Shown piece by piece: positions 25,141 through 38,090 of a stretch of 64,000 nucleotides of DNA. Position 1 is the first letter of the stretch. Each line of letters starts with the position of its first letter. A program made the position numbers and the translations under genes. Source of the DNA: Mantamonas sphyraenae STR306 (taxonomy: Eukaryota; Protista; CRuMs); assembly GCA_026936335.1 (NCBI GenBank), contig JAPMXV010000025.1, positions 62,001 to 126,000 of the forward strand, read 5' to 3'. The notes beneath the pieces are model-generated. The model had not been told where the DNA came from and made no database searches. It saw only the letters and a list, made by a program, of their open reading frames with translations.

Positions 25141-28127
25141 TCATTGCAATGACATGCGCATGACGGCAGACAATTCCAGCAGATCCAACAATTCGTCGCT
25201 GGGGGCCAGGGAAAACGAGGATCCGGTGCCGCCACCCACGCCGGTGTCTGCACCTGCGCCGCCACCACCACGTGCCAACTGTGACACGTGTGTCAAGCCG
25301 CTGTCGTCCAAATCGCTGATGGTGGAGGTGGATTGGTCGCCTGTGCGCCAGAGCGAGCGCATGTGTTCGTGGTCCTGGCGTTCGATGAGCCGTTCGAGCT
25401 CGGTGAGCAGGAAGCGCTGCGAGCGGTCGTGGGTGCCCACGTAGGTGGTGCGATTGACAAGGACGGCAGTCTCCAGGGTGCGTTTGGGCGTGTATAGGGC
25501 CACGTTGTAGCGTTGGCCCAGCAGCAGATCGTGCTGCATGCCGTTTGTGCGGCAACCGGGCGTGTTGCGGTAGGTTGTCAGGACGCCGTCGCTGCTGTTT
25601 TCGAGCAAACCGTAGAGCACGCGTGTAGACTCGAGTTCCACCCACAGCTCGGCAACGATTTCGGAGCTGTCCATGAGCGGGCGAGCGTTGAGCACAAGCT
25701 GCAGCTGGTGCTCCTTGACGGTTTCGTCGAGGGCCAGGCTGACCTTTTGGCGCAGCGTACGCACGGTGTCGTCCATGCCCACCTGGATGTGCACTTTGCG
25801 TGCGTCGGGCAGACAGACGGTAATCTTCTCGTCGCCCTGTTCCTTCAAGGCCTGCTTGGCGTCGTCGTCCAGCGGGGCCTGCACAAGCCCGCTTGTTCCC
25901 GTGCCCAACTCCCTGTACAACACGTCTGCGCCCAGCACGGCCACCAGGGCGTGGACGGGCAGCACAGACAGGAGAGAGCGCACATCAAAGGCCTGTCCTT
26001 CGTGAGCCATGACCACACGGGGCTGCAACACAGAAGCTGTCCTGCTGTCCAGCTCCCTGGCCACACGTTGACACTCAGCCACATACGACTGCACAGAGCC
26101 AAACAAGCACGCGCAACGGACGAACGTCGCGTGTGGTTCGCACGCGCACCACGCCCCCGTCACTTCCTGCCCCCGTATGCACACGCACCTCGTCGTCCCC
26201 GTCCTCGTCATCCTCCAGGCCGCCCGCAGCAGCGTGGAAGCGACCCGAGCCGCCCTCCACGTCCACACACTCGAACCAATTGAGGATGTCAAAGAGAGGC
26301 AGGAGGAGATCGTGGACGTGGCCCTGTGCGACGTCGTCTGCGTCGAGCGCCAGTGCCACGCCGTCATCCTTGCCTCCGGCTGCTTCCACGGCTGCCGCGT
26401 GTGTGTCCTCATCAATGACCACCAGACACTCGGCGGCACCTGCGCCCAGACGGTGGCTGAGACGCATGCGGTTGAGGAGGAGCCACTCGGAAAACAGCGA
26501 CTCGTGTTGTGCGCCGTCGACGGCCACCACGGCACGGCCTTGGCCAGGATACTCTTCGCACATGTCCACCAGGGTCTCTTCGGCAATGTGTCGTCCGTAG
26601 GGAGCAGTCTTGCGATCCAAGGTGGGGTCGCTGTGGCGTGTTTCGCAGGCGCCTGTGAAAAGGTGAGCGATGTCGCCCATGAGCTGCGAGGGCGCCGCAC
26701 ACCAGTCCACAGGCTGATGTTCCTCCTCGTCCATGGGTTGACTCAGATTCAGTCCCACAAAGCGACATCCGGCTGCACTCACGCCGCGCAAAGCCCCCGC
26801 ATACACCTGCACGCCCTGTGACAGGTCCAGCGGCTGGAAATCCTGACGAGAGTCTGCCGGCGCTTGTTGCTCTGTCTCTGCCTCGTTGCCTCTGCGTTCT
26901 GTGCCTCCACTGCCCACATCTCCATGTACGCCTCGTAGCCAGCCATGGCATGCACGACCTTGTGCCTGGAAATGGCCTTGAGAGGCATGCGGTCCCCACA
27001 CACGTCGCACTGGACCAACGCATAGTCATTGGTGGCTCCCCACATTCCTCCTCCCATGCCCCCGCGGCCCGACAGTCCCCCAAGGCCTCCCAGGCCTCCA
27101 CCGCCCAGCCTACCACGCCCCACCGAGTCTGCATTCCGACCCAGCCCATCCATCACATTGAGGCTATCCAGGAGGGGGTTGGTCAGTCCACGCCCGCCTG
27201 CAATGCCACCTCCACTGCCGCCTCCACCTCGCAGGGGCATCATTTGGCCCTCCTCGTCCTCGTCGTCCGCCTCGTCACCGTCGCTCAGATGGCCTTCGTA
27301 GAGGCGAGGACGGTCTTCGGGGCCCATCATCTGGAAGCGCATGTGTTTCTTCTGGTGTCGTTCGTAGGCAGAGAAGGGCACGAGCTTCTCACACGTGTCA
27401 CAAGGCAGCACAAAGTCGTCCTCCCCCTCCAATTCCCACTCTTCCTCCTCGTCCTCCTCGTCTTCCATGAGCAGCCCGCCGTTCTGGTTATGCCTGGACC
27501 CATCCCCATGCCCATGGTCATGTCTGTGTCCGAGTCTCCGATGGGCATGTAGGGCACTCCGTCCAGGAGGCTGCCCAAAGGGATCGACCCAACCGGCGTT
27601 TGTGTTCCGGTTCCGCTGCCGCTGCCTTGCGCCCCCCACATACCAGCCCCTGTCCTTGCCCCTGGTCTTGTTCCTGTCCCGGGGCCCAGACGTGTCCCTT
27701 GCACTGCCATGGCTCCGTCCAACCCACGCGGCATCTGTCGACTCCACGGGTTGAGCGAACCGGGCTCACGTGTTGTCAGTTCCGCCCCTCCCACCATGGT
27801 CGTCGTGTTGGTTCCGCCTGCCCCGTCCCGTTGCCTGCCCTTGCCCTTGTCTCCCCCATGTCCTCCCACTTTGTCCTTGCCCTTGCCTGCCCCCTGCCCT
27901 CCCGTCGTGGTCCCATTCTTTCCAATGTCCGTGGTTTTGGCCGCCGGCTTGGGTTTCGGCAGCGCTTTGGGATCATGGCGAACCGAGGCTCGTTCTGCGT
28001 CCATTTCCCGTCGCCCGCCACGCGGCACCATGCTGTCCGGATGGCTGAGTGTCCACTCCCCTCCGCCCTCCTCGATGTACTGCTGCAGGGATTCCCCTGT
28101 CGATTGCACCGAGAAGACCGTGACCAT
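25141..28127 (-). CDS. Putative ubiquitin-binding scaffold: two UBZ-like C2H2 fingers, ubiquitin-like domain, C-terminal UIM-like helix
   Basis: CDTCEKLVPFSAYERHQKKH and CDVCGDRMPLKAISRHKVVH; ITVCLPD..VGMDDTVRTLRQKV..LQLVLNARPL; DELLDLLELSAVMRMSLQ. Joined across introns and frame breaks by inference. Confidence 0.55.
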
Positions 28128-28309
28128 CGCTCGGGGGGGGAAAATGGGAGGTGCCAAAGACGGAATTGCTTTGAGTCGTGCTGCGAGGGCTGGGGAGGAC
28201 GGACTTTGGAGTCTGGGATGGAAGTAGAAGGGAGAAGGGGGGAGGAGATGGAAGATTTATAGGGAAGCGAGTGCATGAGTGTGTGCATTTGTTTTGCGTT
28301 GATGCCTGT

Positions 28310-31300
28310 TCATCCGTGGCCGCTCTCGGTGCCAGAGACCTCGTGTGCACCACCCTCTGTGTCTGTGGAGGAGGAAGAGGATGGAGTGGCGGCGGCTGAG
28401 GATGCATCGGAGGAGGAGGAGGAGGAGGAGGTGCTGTGGGAGGAATAGAGGGCTGGGGAGCTCTGCTCGTGCACTCCACCGCTGGTGAACATCCTGTGTT
28501 TGGCAGAGATGACCTTGGACAGATTGGTGGTGTCCATGTCCTTTAGGGAACCCTGGCGGCGCGTGTTGCCCAAGGAAGTGTGTCCTCGATGGCCTGCCAG
28601 CTGCTGCCCGAGGAGGAGGAGGAGGAGGAGGAGGTGCTGGGTGCACCTGTGGATCGGATGCCCAAATGGAGCTTGTCTGTACGCGTGAGGTAGTTGCTGA
28701 TCACCTGGGCCATGCGCTTCTCGGTGAGCATCATGAGTTCGTCCACCTTGAGCAGGCGTGTGCGATCGTTGCTGTCCATGGCCTTGGATTGAAGCAGTCG
28801 CTTCACGTGCGACCTGTAGTCTGCAATGTCAAACAGAGAATCCTTGAGCTCCTTGGCGTACGTGTTCTTCTTGCGCGTGTCGCTTTCCCCCGATGAGGAT
28901 GATCCACCGGCTCCCGAGTGACCCCCGTGGCTGTCGCGTGCCTCTCGCAACTCTGTCGACTCCATTGTGCTCTCGTACGCAAGCAGGTCTGTAAACAGCC
29001 GTCCCAGCTTTTCGTTTTGCTGGCTGATGAGCTCCTTCAGATCGCGTTGGAAGACTGCAAACTTGCGCAGCGTGGGCAACCCCAACAGACGCACCTGTGC
29101 AGGGTGCCTGTTCAACTCCTCGTCCGACGTCCCATCTCCTTCGTTCGGCGTCTGTGTCATGTACGGACTGATGCTGCTCGATCGCTTGCGTCCGGCTCCG
29201 CGTCCACCCACACCCAGCCCGCTGCCTTCCGAAGGCTCCATGGTGCGCATCAAATCCTTCAGATTGGTCCGTTCAAAGCTAAAGTACGACTGCCTGCCCT
29301 CCAGATGGTACGGCATCAGTGCCATGGCGTTCTCCCGGATGTTTTCCATCTTTTCCCGACGTGCCATCTCGTTGGAAAACTGCATGGCATCGCCATTGTT
29401 GTTGGACTGGTCGTCGTCTGCGTCTGCGTTGTTGTTGGTGGTTGTACCACGTCCTCCTCCTCCTCCTTTCCCTCCTCCTCGACCTCCTCCACGTCCGTTG
29501 CCACTGCCTCCACTCTTGCCGGCGTTGTTCAACTCACCCACGGTGCTGGAGCGCTGGAGGGCACGTGTGCCACCGCCTGCGTTGTGGCCCTTGGTGGACA
29601 TGACACCGGCGGTACTCTTGCGCACCAGGTCTTTGCGCGAGGGCAGGTTGCCCATGGTGTTCAATCGCACGCTGCTGGCACCATGGCCATCCGAGGTCCC
29701 ACTGGCCGAGGTGACTGACAACCTGGCATTGCCACCACTGGCGTGGTGAGTGTTGTTGATGCGCGCCTGTGAGTTTTCCGTCAGTTCCTTGATCATGCTC
29801 TTTTTCTCCACAAAGATGCACATGATGTCATCGACGCCGTTGCTGACGAGGAACTGGTTCTGCAGCTGCTTGGTGTTGAGTTCCAACTGGTGTGGCTCCT
29901 CGTACAGGCCCACCTTGGCCTCTTCCCACACGTCGGCGGTGGCAAGGATCTGTCCGCCGCGTGCTGTGCAGGCCAACTGCGCCGCCTTGCGCAACACAGG
30001 GTCATTGTCCACATCGATGGGTTCATCGTTGAACGCATACTGCATGCAATCGGTGCTGCCTGTGTGGATGCCCATGCGCACGCGGAATCCGCGAAAGAGC
30101 ACCTCGCGCTGTCGTCCGTGGATGCTCTTGGCCGACAGATGGCCCTCCAGAGATTCGGGCCATTCCTGGTTGACCAGCTGCGATTGGACCATCATGCACC
30201 ATTCCACCGCCTGTGTGGGGGTGTGGAATGCTGCCAGGAAGGAACAGCCCTCCACACGCACAGCCACGCCTTGGAAGACTTCCAACAGACGACGCAGCAA
30301 CACATTGTGTGTCTTGCCCGCCTGGAACACAGCCTGCGAGTCAAAGGCCCACAGGTCGTTGTAGTCTTCCACGCCGGTCACCACCACCGTCAGCGATTCG
30401 CTTTCCGACAGACTCTGCGAGCGTTCCAAACCCACCAGGGGTCTATTGCCAGTGAGAGCAGACACGGCACTGTCGTTGCTGTCCTTGCGTCCTGCGCTGC
30501 CGCCGCCGCCGCCGTCGGAGGAGCGGCGTCGTTCGCGTTCTGCCTGTTCGGCCTCGAGCATCTGGTTGGCACTCATGAGGGCCTGGACGAGGTTGAGCTT
30601 GTGGTTGAGGGCGTTCATGTACACGTGGAGGGAATCGAGCTCCCTGAACTTGGCCTCAAAGAGGGTTTGGTACTGGTCGGTGGTGGACTTGCGTCTGCTG
30701 TCGAGTTGCAAGCGTTCCTGTTGGGAGGCGAGCAGGTGTTCGTCCAGCTCACGCACCTTTTGTGCACGTGTGCGCGACTCCTCCTCCAGACGGGCAATGA
30801 TGGTTTCCAACTTCTGATTGTCACGCACCACCTCGTCACGCTGCTCCTTCATCTTGCGCAGGTAGCGTTGCGTGGTGCGCATCTTGTCCTCCAACTCCTC
30901 GCTGTGTGCCGTCACCGTGGCCATGCGCTCTTCAAACTGCTTCATCTTTTCCGCCAGGTGCATCTTCTCCTCAAAGGCCAGCGCCAGTTTCACCTCCAGC
31001 TCCTTCTTCTGCACGGCAATGCTCTCCATGTTGCTTTCGCTCACCTTGTACTTGAGCAGGGCCACCTGTTCCTTGAGCTGCCCGTTCTCCTTGTTCAGTC
31101 GCTCCACTTCCGCCTGCGACTTGAGATTGATGCCCAGCAGGGTGTCCATGGCCACCTGGGACAACAGGGCGGCTTCATCCACCTGCGACTCCAGAGCGTG
31201 GGAGTACGAGATGATGTCTGACAACGCCAACTGGGTGTCCTGCACGGGTGCCACCGCATTGAAGACACCGACCGAGTTGTCTGCGGTGGCACACCACAGC

Positions 31301-32476
31301 TGCGTGGTCACCGTGCGGCGTATGGGAAACAGTGCGGTGATGGACGTCTCTCCCGTTTGGAACTCCTCCACACAGGCACGCGTGGCCGCGTCAAACACCT
31401 GCACACATGTGTCCTGGAAGCACCACACAGAGTGACCCAACACCAACAGCTTGAACGGCGCCTCCTTGGTTTCCATCCTGGCCACCGCCGTCTCCTCCTG
31501 CTGGTCCAACATCCACACTGCCAACGAATGGGACAGGTCTGCCGTCCACACTTGGTCATTCACCGCCACCAGAGACGTCACTGCATCCTCGTGTGCCACA
31601 AGCCTGTGCATCACCGTGCCATACTCGGCATCCCACACCAACACGTCCCCACTCAACGTGCCCGTCCACAGCCAGGCCCCCGTGCCTGCCATGCACGTCA
31701 ATGTTTGCTTGCTTGCCACTGTGTTCTCTTTGCATTCGTATCGCTCCAGCGGTTCCAGCGATTCCGCGTCCACACGCAGAATCCGTCCCGCCGCCTCTGC
31801 CGCGTAAATCGAGCCCCGGCTGTATGTGATTCCCACCACGGGCGAGTCCAGCCGATCGATTTCAATCAGCAAGTGGAACCTCTGTGTGTGTGGCGTGGAC
31901 GTGTGCACGTGTGCACGTGTGGATGTGTGTGTGTAAGCGCACTGTGGGCCTTTTTGGGGATGGAGGTGCGGGAGGAAGGTGGCCGTTGGCGTACCTTGCT
32001 ATCAAAGATGGCCAGCATGCCGTCCTTGTACCCCACACACACGTGGTTCTCGCCAATGGCTTCGATACATGTGATGGGGTCGTCTCTGGAGGGGATCTTT
32101 TTCGCCAGACGTCCACTCTGTGCGGTGACGGGCACGGGTTTTGATCGTTGGGGGGTCAGGCCTCTGGGCTGGGTGGATCTTGTGCGGGGCGGCAGAACAC
32201 GCGTGCAGTGGATTCATGGGTTGGGAGGAAAGGGGGGGGAGGGGGAAGGGGAAGGGGAGGGGAGGGTGGAGGGTACTGGTGGCGGTGTGCATGTGTGTGC
32301 ATGTATGGTTGGGGGGGGGAATCACTCACCTCGGTCTCGTGGACAGAGAGCCATCCCTCTGCGTTTGCCATCCACACATAGCGGCCACTGCCGGCAAAGA
32401 AGGTCATGTCTTTGATGTGAGACGGCATGACGCGAGTGCACTCGAGCACATACGGCTCGTCGGGCGACGTCGACAT
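28310..32476 (-). CDS. WD40-like propeller, coiled coil and class III nucleotidyl cyclase-like domain protein
   Basis: WD-like repeats (LVAHEDAVTSLVAVNDQVWTAD); heptads; cyclase-fold motifs WPESL..FRGFRVRMGIHTG..ARGGQIL. Three 5' exons separated by GT-AG introns; both termini approximate. Confidence 0.75.
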
Positions 32477-32540
32477 CCGCCTAAAAACCTGTTTCTTTTG
32501 GTGGGCCACGGGCGAATGGCCATGAACGGGTATGGAGGAA

Positions 32541-33428
32541 TCATCGAATGGTGCAAATGGAGTTGGAGGGTCCACTGTTCAATATCTTGAACGTTCTCAT
32601 TCTGAACGGGACACACCTTTTCGCGAGGCAACACCGAGGGGGTCTCCCACGGCGCCAGCCATTCAAGAGGCAAAACAGGACCAACTCATGGCCAAAGGGC
32701 ACACTTGTGTCCTCAAAGGCCTCTTGGATTGCCTGTTCAGTCACAGAGCGACCATCGTAGCCGATGAGAAGGATGTTCTTGCCGTTGGCCACCGCCTGTT
32801 CGAGCTCACGATAGCCCTGGGTTTTGACCACAGCCTGTGCGTACAGGGGACAGTAGATCTCACGTCTGGCCTCGTGGTAGCTCAGTCTGCGTCCATCTGG
32901 GTGGAGGGAGAACAGTGGGATGTTCGAGTTTCCTTTCTCCTTGCCAAACTGCTTTCTGCGCTTGCCTTTGGTCATGGCAAACCACGTACGACGAGTGTCT
33001 TCCCACACAGGCAACAGGGTGTGGCCGTCGGATGAAACCTCATTCGGGTAAACCTTGAGGCTTTGCCAAAGGTTCTCGAGCTTTTTCGCCGTCCACACAG
33101 TGTCTTGGCCATCCGAGATGCTCACAGGACCCACGTTCATGGGAGACACACTCTTGCCAATGCTTCCGCCTCCGGAACACACGCTGATGGTTTGGAATCC
33201 GTCCAGACGCGGGAAGCGTTTCGGTTTGTCCGTCTTTGCCCGGTAGTGGACCTGGTGGTCCACACAGACCCGACCACGACGGCCCTGGCTGCGGTTCTCT
33301 TGGGTTGCCTTTGCCACAGACTCTTCGTGGAGCTTGAGGAAGCTCTTGTAGGGGTGGGGGGCCATGGTGAGGAATGCTCGGGTTTGGATGTCTCGCTCGT
33401 AGTCGTCACGACCATAGTCCTTTGGCAT
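32541..33428 (-). CDS. DUF6939-like / NADAR-fold protein, intronless
   Basis: SPMNVGPV, LENLWQSLKVY, LSYHEARREIYCPLY, LLIGYDG, PFGHELVL match recalled motifs of the DUF6939 family (SP, ExxWQxxKV, YxEARxxIY, H). Confidence 0.65.
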   Translation of the reverse strand: MPKDYGRDDYERDIQTRAFLTMAPHPYKSFLKLHEESVAKATQENRSQGRRGRVCVDHQVHYRAKTDKPKRFPRLDGFQTISVCSGGGSIGKSVSPMNVGPVSISDGQDTVWTAKKLENLWQSLKVYPNEVSSDGHTLLPVWEDTRRTWFAMTKGKRRKQFGKEKGNSNIPLFSLHPDGRRLSYHEARREIYCPLYAQAVVKTQGYRELEQAVANGKNILLIGYDGRSVTEQAIQEAFEDTSVPFGHELVLFCLLNGWRRGRPPRCCLAKRCVPFRMRTFKILNSGPSNSICTIR

Positions 33429-33791
33429 GGTAGATGCAGGTTGAGGTGGTTGCCCCTGTGCAACCCTTTGCCGTGGTGTTTTTCACTTGGTTCATGTGTT
33501 CTCGAGTGTCATTTCGAGGAAAGAGTTCCTGGGAACCGTCTTGAGATTTTTGGGTTGGGTTGGCTCGAGCATCCAAGGTGAACCAACCAGGACCTGTGGG
33601 GGGAGGGGGAGGGGGGCCACAGGGGGTTGCGGAGGATGGATTGTGGGGACGAGGTTGGGGTGGTTTCCGCTCCCACACATGGTTCGGGTGTGGCAAGGGG
33701 CCAGATTTTGTGTCCCACAGCCTCACATAGCACATAGCAAGGTAGAAAAAGGTGGTGTGCAGCTGCGGGATTCGAGCCATCTCATCATCGC

Positions 33792-34680
33792 ATGTCCGAA
33801 TCAACCACAACCACCTCGAAGCGCGTGTTCATCACAGGCACCTCCTCTGGCTTTGGAAAAGACCTGGCCATCACCTTGGCCGGCAGGGGCCACACGGTGT
33901 TTGCCACCATGCGTGCCACGGGCGAGGGTGAGAAGAACGCGGAGGTTGCAGCCGAGCTGGGCGCGATTGACAACATCACGGTGCTGGAGTTGGATGTGAC
34001 GTCGGACGAGTCGATCACAGCAGCGTTGGCAGAGGCAAAGGAAGCTGGAGGGTTCGACACGCTGGTCAACAATGCCGGTGTGGGCAGCTTTGGCATGGAT
34101 CTCGGCTTCAGTATGGGCGAGCGCCGCAAGGTGTTTGATGTCAACGTGCTCGCCGTCATGAACCTGACATTGGCAGCTGTGCCGTTGCTGGAGAAGGAGG
34201 ACAACGCAAGCATCATCTACGTGTCGTCTGGCCTGGGACGGCTAGTGATTCCTTTTACGTCGTTGTACGCGGCGTCGAAACACGCGTTGGAAGCGTGGGC
34301 AGAGGGCTTTGCGGTGGAAATCGAACCGCTGGGCATTTCCTCTTGCATTGTGGAGCCTGGTGCGTACGACACCGAGTTTGTGGGCAACTGTCTGCGTGGC
34401 AAGAACGCAGACGAGGCACGCAAGCAGTTTGCGGGGGTCGCCGATTCCTTTGACGCCTTTCTGGAGAAGCGCATGGCTGGTGGAAGAGGTGACGCGAGCG
34501 AAGTGACTGCCGTGCTCGTGCAAGAGGTGGAGTATGTGCCCAATGGCGACGAAATCCGTCCTCTGCGCCACCCTGTGGGCAAGGACATCGAAGTGGGCGT
34601 TGGGCCAGGTCATCAACCCGGCGCACGAAAAGGTGGCTGGCATCGTCCTGGGCAAGTTTGGATTCCGTTCGGTGGAGTGA
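33792..34680 (+). CDS. Classical short-chain dehydrogenase/reductase
   Basis: TGTSSGFG, LDVT, NNAG, S..YAASK, EPG. The true C-terminus (VGQVINPAHEKVAGIVLGKFGFRSVE*) needs removal of one G at ~34603; the 567-aa ORF is read-through. Confidence 0.92.
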
Positions 34681-34862
34681 TTGTGCAGGCATGGGACCCC
34701 ATCAGCACATCGCACGACGCCGTTGGAGTGGGTGGGAGCCCGGGGAGGGAAGAAGGTTCGCCAAAGAGGATTCCAAGAAAAAAAATCGTTGATTCCGTCC
34801 GTCCGTCCGTCCGTCCACGTCCATCCACTGGGTTGTTGGTTGTCCTGTTTGCCCCTGGTGGG

Positions 34863-37407
34863 TCAGCCCTTGACCTCTGCCTCGAGGAGGTCGTCCAAGT
34901 CGACGTCTGCCGGATCGAGGTCTGTGCAAAAGGCGCGTGGGAAGCAGCCGAGTTGCAACGAGGCGTCGTTCTTGTCAAAGCCCACCAGCCAATCGTCGTT
35001 CTCGTCGCACACGCAGTAGATGTTGCCTGGTACCAATTGCAGCTCATCGTCAGCCGAAGGGTCAAAGTCAAAGTCTGCCTGCACGACACGGATGATCTCC
35101 AAGGCGTCGTCGTCGTCGTTGTTGTTGTCGTCGTTGTCGTTGTCTGCGGCCGCCGCTTCTCCCTCGTGGCTGTGCTCACTGGCACTGTATCCACCCAAGG
35201 ATTGAGTGTCGTCTGCTCCTGCGTCGCTGGAGGCGTAGATGACCGCACTGGCAAGGGAATCTGCAATGGAGTCGATGCCAGACAAGGCCGCCGCATGGTC
35301 CTCCTGCTCGTCCCCAAGTGCCTCCGCCGCCGCCGACGTCGTCGTGTCCTGTTCAAACCGTTCTGTGACCTCCACGTAGTTGGACGGGAATGTGCCTGTG
35401 TGCCACTCCCTGCCAACGACACGGCCAATCCACCAGCCCTCGTGCTCCATGTTGGTCACCTCCACCGCATCGCCCTCGTTGAACGTCAGCTCTGAATCGT
35501 CCGCCGCCTCGTAGGAGTGCAACACGCGTGCCATGGCCACGGTGGGGTCTCGTTCACCCGCGGCTGCTGCCCCTTGTTCACCGTCGCTGTCGCCGCCTCC
35601 CACACTGCCGGCCAGCGCACTGCTGCTGCTGTCTGTGCTTGCGGTGCGCGACAACATGGAGGAAGGAGAGAGAGGAGGAGGAGGAGGAGGAGGAGGAGGA
35701 GGAGGATGCAGAGACGGGTGCGTTGCGCAAGGCCTCTGTTTCTGCCTCGCCAAAGTATCTGCTCTCACGGCGTCCCTGGACACGATGGATGCAGGCAATC
35801 CAATCGCGCATTTCCTGTTCTGTTTTGGCACAGAGAAAGTACTTTTGTGTGTGTGTGTCGATCACAAAGCAGTTCTTCTTCTTGACCTTCTCCTCGGCAA
35901 TCTCCACGGTGGCGCCACTCAGGGGCACCCCCTTGATGGCCTCTGTGCTCTCGGGTGTCTTGTAATAATACAACGCCGTGCCCTGGCACTGGAACCAGCG
36001 GGACTTCCAATTCTTGACCAGATGGCCGCGTTTGCTGAGCCATCCCTGCTTGGCAATGGCCTTGCTTGCATCCTCGCCCTCCACCTGCATGCTCTTGCGT
36101 GCACTCTTGCTCAGGGTGGCACGCACACCGGCGGTGGTGTACGCCTCGTACTTGACGGTGAGGTGTGCCTCGTTGCCCGTGGCACGTGCCGCAACAAAGG
36201 CAGCCTGATCCGCCGCCACATCGATTGCCTCTGAGGTGCGCACCATGTTCACACGCATGGTGTGGTGTGCCTCTGCCGACAACGCGTGGTGTTCCGACAC
36301 CTTGCGCAACACAGCCTGTGTGCGTTCCACACGCGCGGCATCCATGCTCTCAAACCGATCCAACGCACTGCCCAGGCTACTCTCGTACGCAGGCTGGCCC
36401 TGATTCTTGATCTCATCCACCTTGGCACGGTACTCCTCGTCCGCCGCCTTTGCCTGTTCACGCGTGCTGGCCAACGACGCCGTCAGCTTCTCCTGCTTCT
36501 TGGGATCGTCCACCACCTGTTGCAGCTGGCTCTCCAACGAGTCACAGTCCAGCATGAGTTTGAAGTATCGTTCCTGCAACTTGCGGTACGACGACAGAAT
36601 CTTGTTTTTGTCCTCAATCGCCTGCTGCGTGGTTTTGATCAGCGCCTTTTGGTCCACCGTCTGATCGCGCTGGTAGTCCTGCAGCTCCTTCTGTGCAGCT
36701 GCAAGCTTGTCTGCCAGCGCAGTGTGCTTCTCTGCCAACGTGGCTGTCTCCTGCTTCAGTGTCACCACGGCATCCCACAGAGATCTGAATCCAAAGGGAG
36801 GTGCCGGGACGTGTCAGCTCTCTGCACCATGGCACAGCGTTGCATCGACGTTTTCTCGTCTCTGGTCCATCTGTGGTCATGACCTACCCTTCCTCCAGCT
36901 CGCCGCTGGTACTGCTCTTGGCCAGCTTGGCCAGCGCCTGCGGTCGGGAGAGACGGGTGGAGAAGGAAGAAAACCCGGGTTTGGGAGGGTCAGTCGTTAT
37001 CCAAAACGAAGAAAGGGCGCCTACGGTTGTTGGGTGGGCACACGAGGGAATACACGGGCGCGAGTGGAGTGCTGGACCACATGTGTACACCTACCTTTGC
37101 ATACTGGGTTTCGATGTTGTTGCGTTCGTTCAGGTAGCGGCAAAGTTCGTTTGTGGTGTTGCCGCCTTGGGTCATCACGCGGGCCACCACCACCTGGAAG
37201 CCATTGTCTCCCTGCACAAAACACATCATCATACAGACACACGTGTGGACAACATCCGGACGGGGGTTCAGGAAAGGGGAGTGGATGCGTGAGTGGGAGA
37301 GGGAGAAAGGGGGGGGGGAGCTTGGGAGGGGATGGTGGCAAACGGGGGTGGGAAGGGGACCAATGACAGGGTGTGCCACCTACAAAGAAATTGGCTTTGT
37401 AGCTCAT
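34863..37407 (-). CDS. F-BAR - PH - SH3 - SH3 membrane-remodelling protein
   Basis: FCH start MSYKANFF/GDNGFQVV..ELCRYLNERNNIETQYAK; PH KQGWLSKRGHLVKNWKSRWF..WIACI; SH3 ARVLHSYEA..EL..GWW..FPSNYV and a second SH3 ADFDFD..EL..DW..FP. Frame slip in a (CCT)n tract at ~35670. Confidence 0.85.
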
Positions 37408-37503
37408 GAGGGCGTGTGTGTTTGTGGGACGACCAAAGCCGTCGTTGGATGGGTGGGGAGTTGTTTGGTTGACACAGCGCTTCGGCTGCCAGTGCAACAG
37501 GAC

Positions 37504-38000
37504 ATGAGCTCACGGGAGGCACTCGGATTGTACAGAGGGCTCATGCGTGAGGCGCGCAACATGCCCACCATCAACAGGCGTGTGTACTTGGTGCGCAAGA
37601 TCCGCGAGGAGTTTCGGTTGCATCAGAGGAAGCGGACGTGGAGCGGGTGGAGCTCCGCCTGGAGTAGGTGGCCATTGCCGTTGCTCTGCGCCTTTACACA
37701 CACGCGCACACACTCACACTCATCCCCGTGTGCGTGGTCACATGCACGCTGTGCGTCTGTGCTGCTCTCTGCAGCCTTGCACGGACTCATCTCGACACGT
37801 TGCAGCTGCAGGGCAACTACCTGCGCGACCTGTTTGGCCGCAACGACCTGGATTCCGTCAAAATGGACGCTCCGCTGCGCATCAACGACTACATGCGTGC
37901 CAAGGACATCCTGGACGAGGAGGAGCAGCAGGCCGAGGCGGAACGGAGGGCACTCACGGCCGTGGAGCGAGCCAAAAAGAAGCTGGACCCGTTTGGGTGA
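37504..38000 (+). CDS. Mitochondrial LYR-motif protein
   Basis: MSSREALGLYRGLMREAR..YLVRKIREEFR; GT-AG intron ~37663-37773. Confidence 0.8.
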
Positions 38001-38076
38001 AGATTGGAATGAATGAACGGTGGCATGAACATGGGTGATGGGTGGGATGATGAAAGAGCACAGAGACAGAAAAAAC

Positions 38077-38087
38077 AAAAAAAAAAA
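38077..38087 (-). terminator. RNA polymerase III oligo-T terminator of tRNA-Arg
   Basis: T11 on the minus strand, 3 nt downstream of the tRNA 3' end. Confidence 0.85.
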
Positions 38088-38090
38088 GCT

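Noticed and set aside
32476-32680. Fusion of the NADAR-like gene to the WD40-cyclase gene
   Set aside because: The ORFs abut or overlap, but I found no splice or single indel that convincingly joins them in frame.
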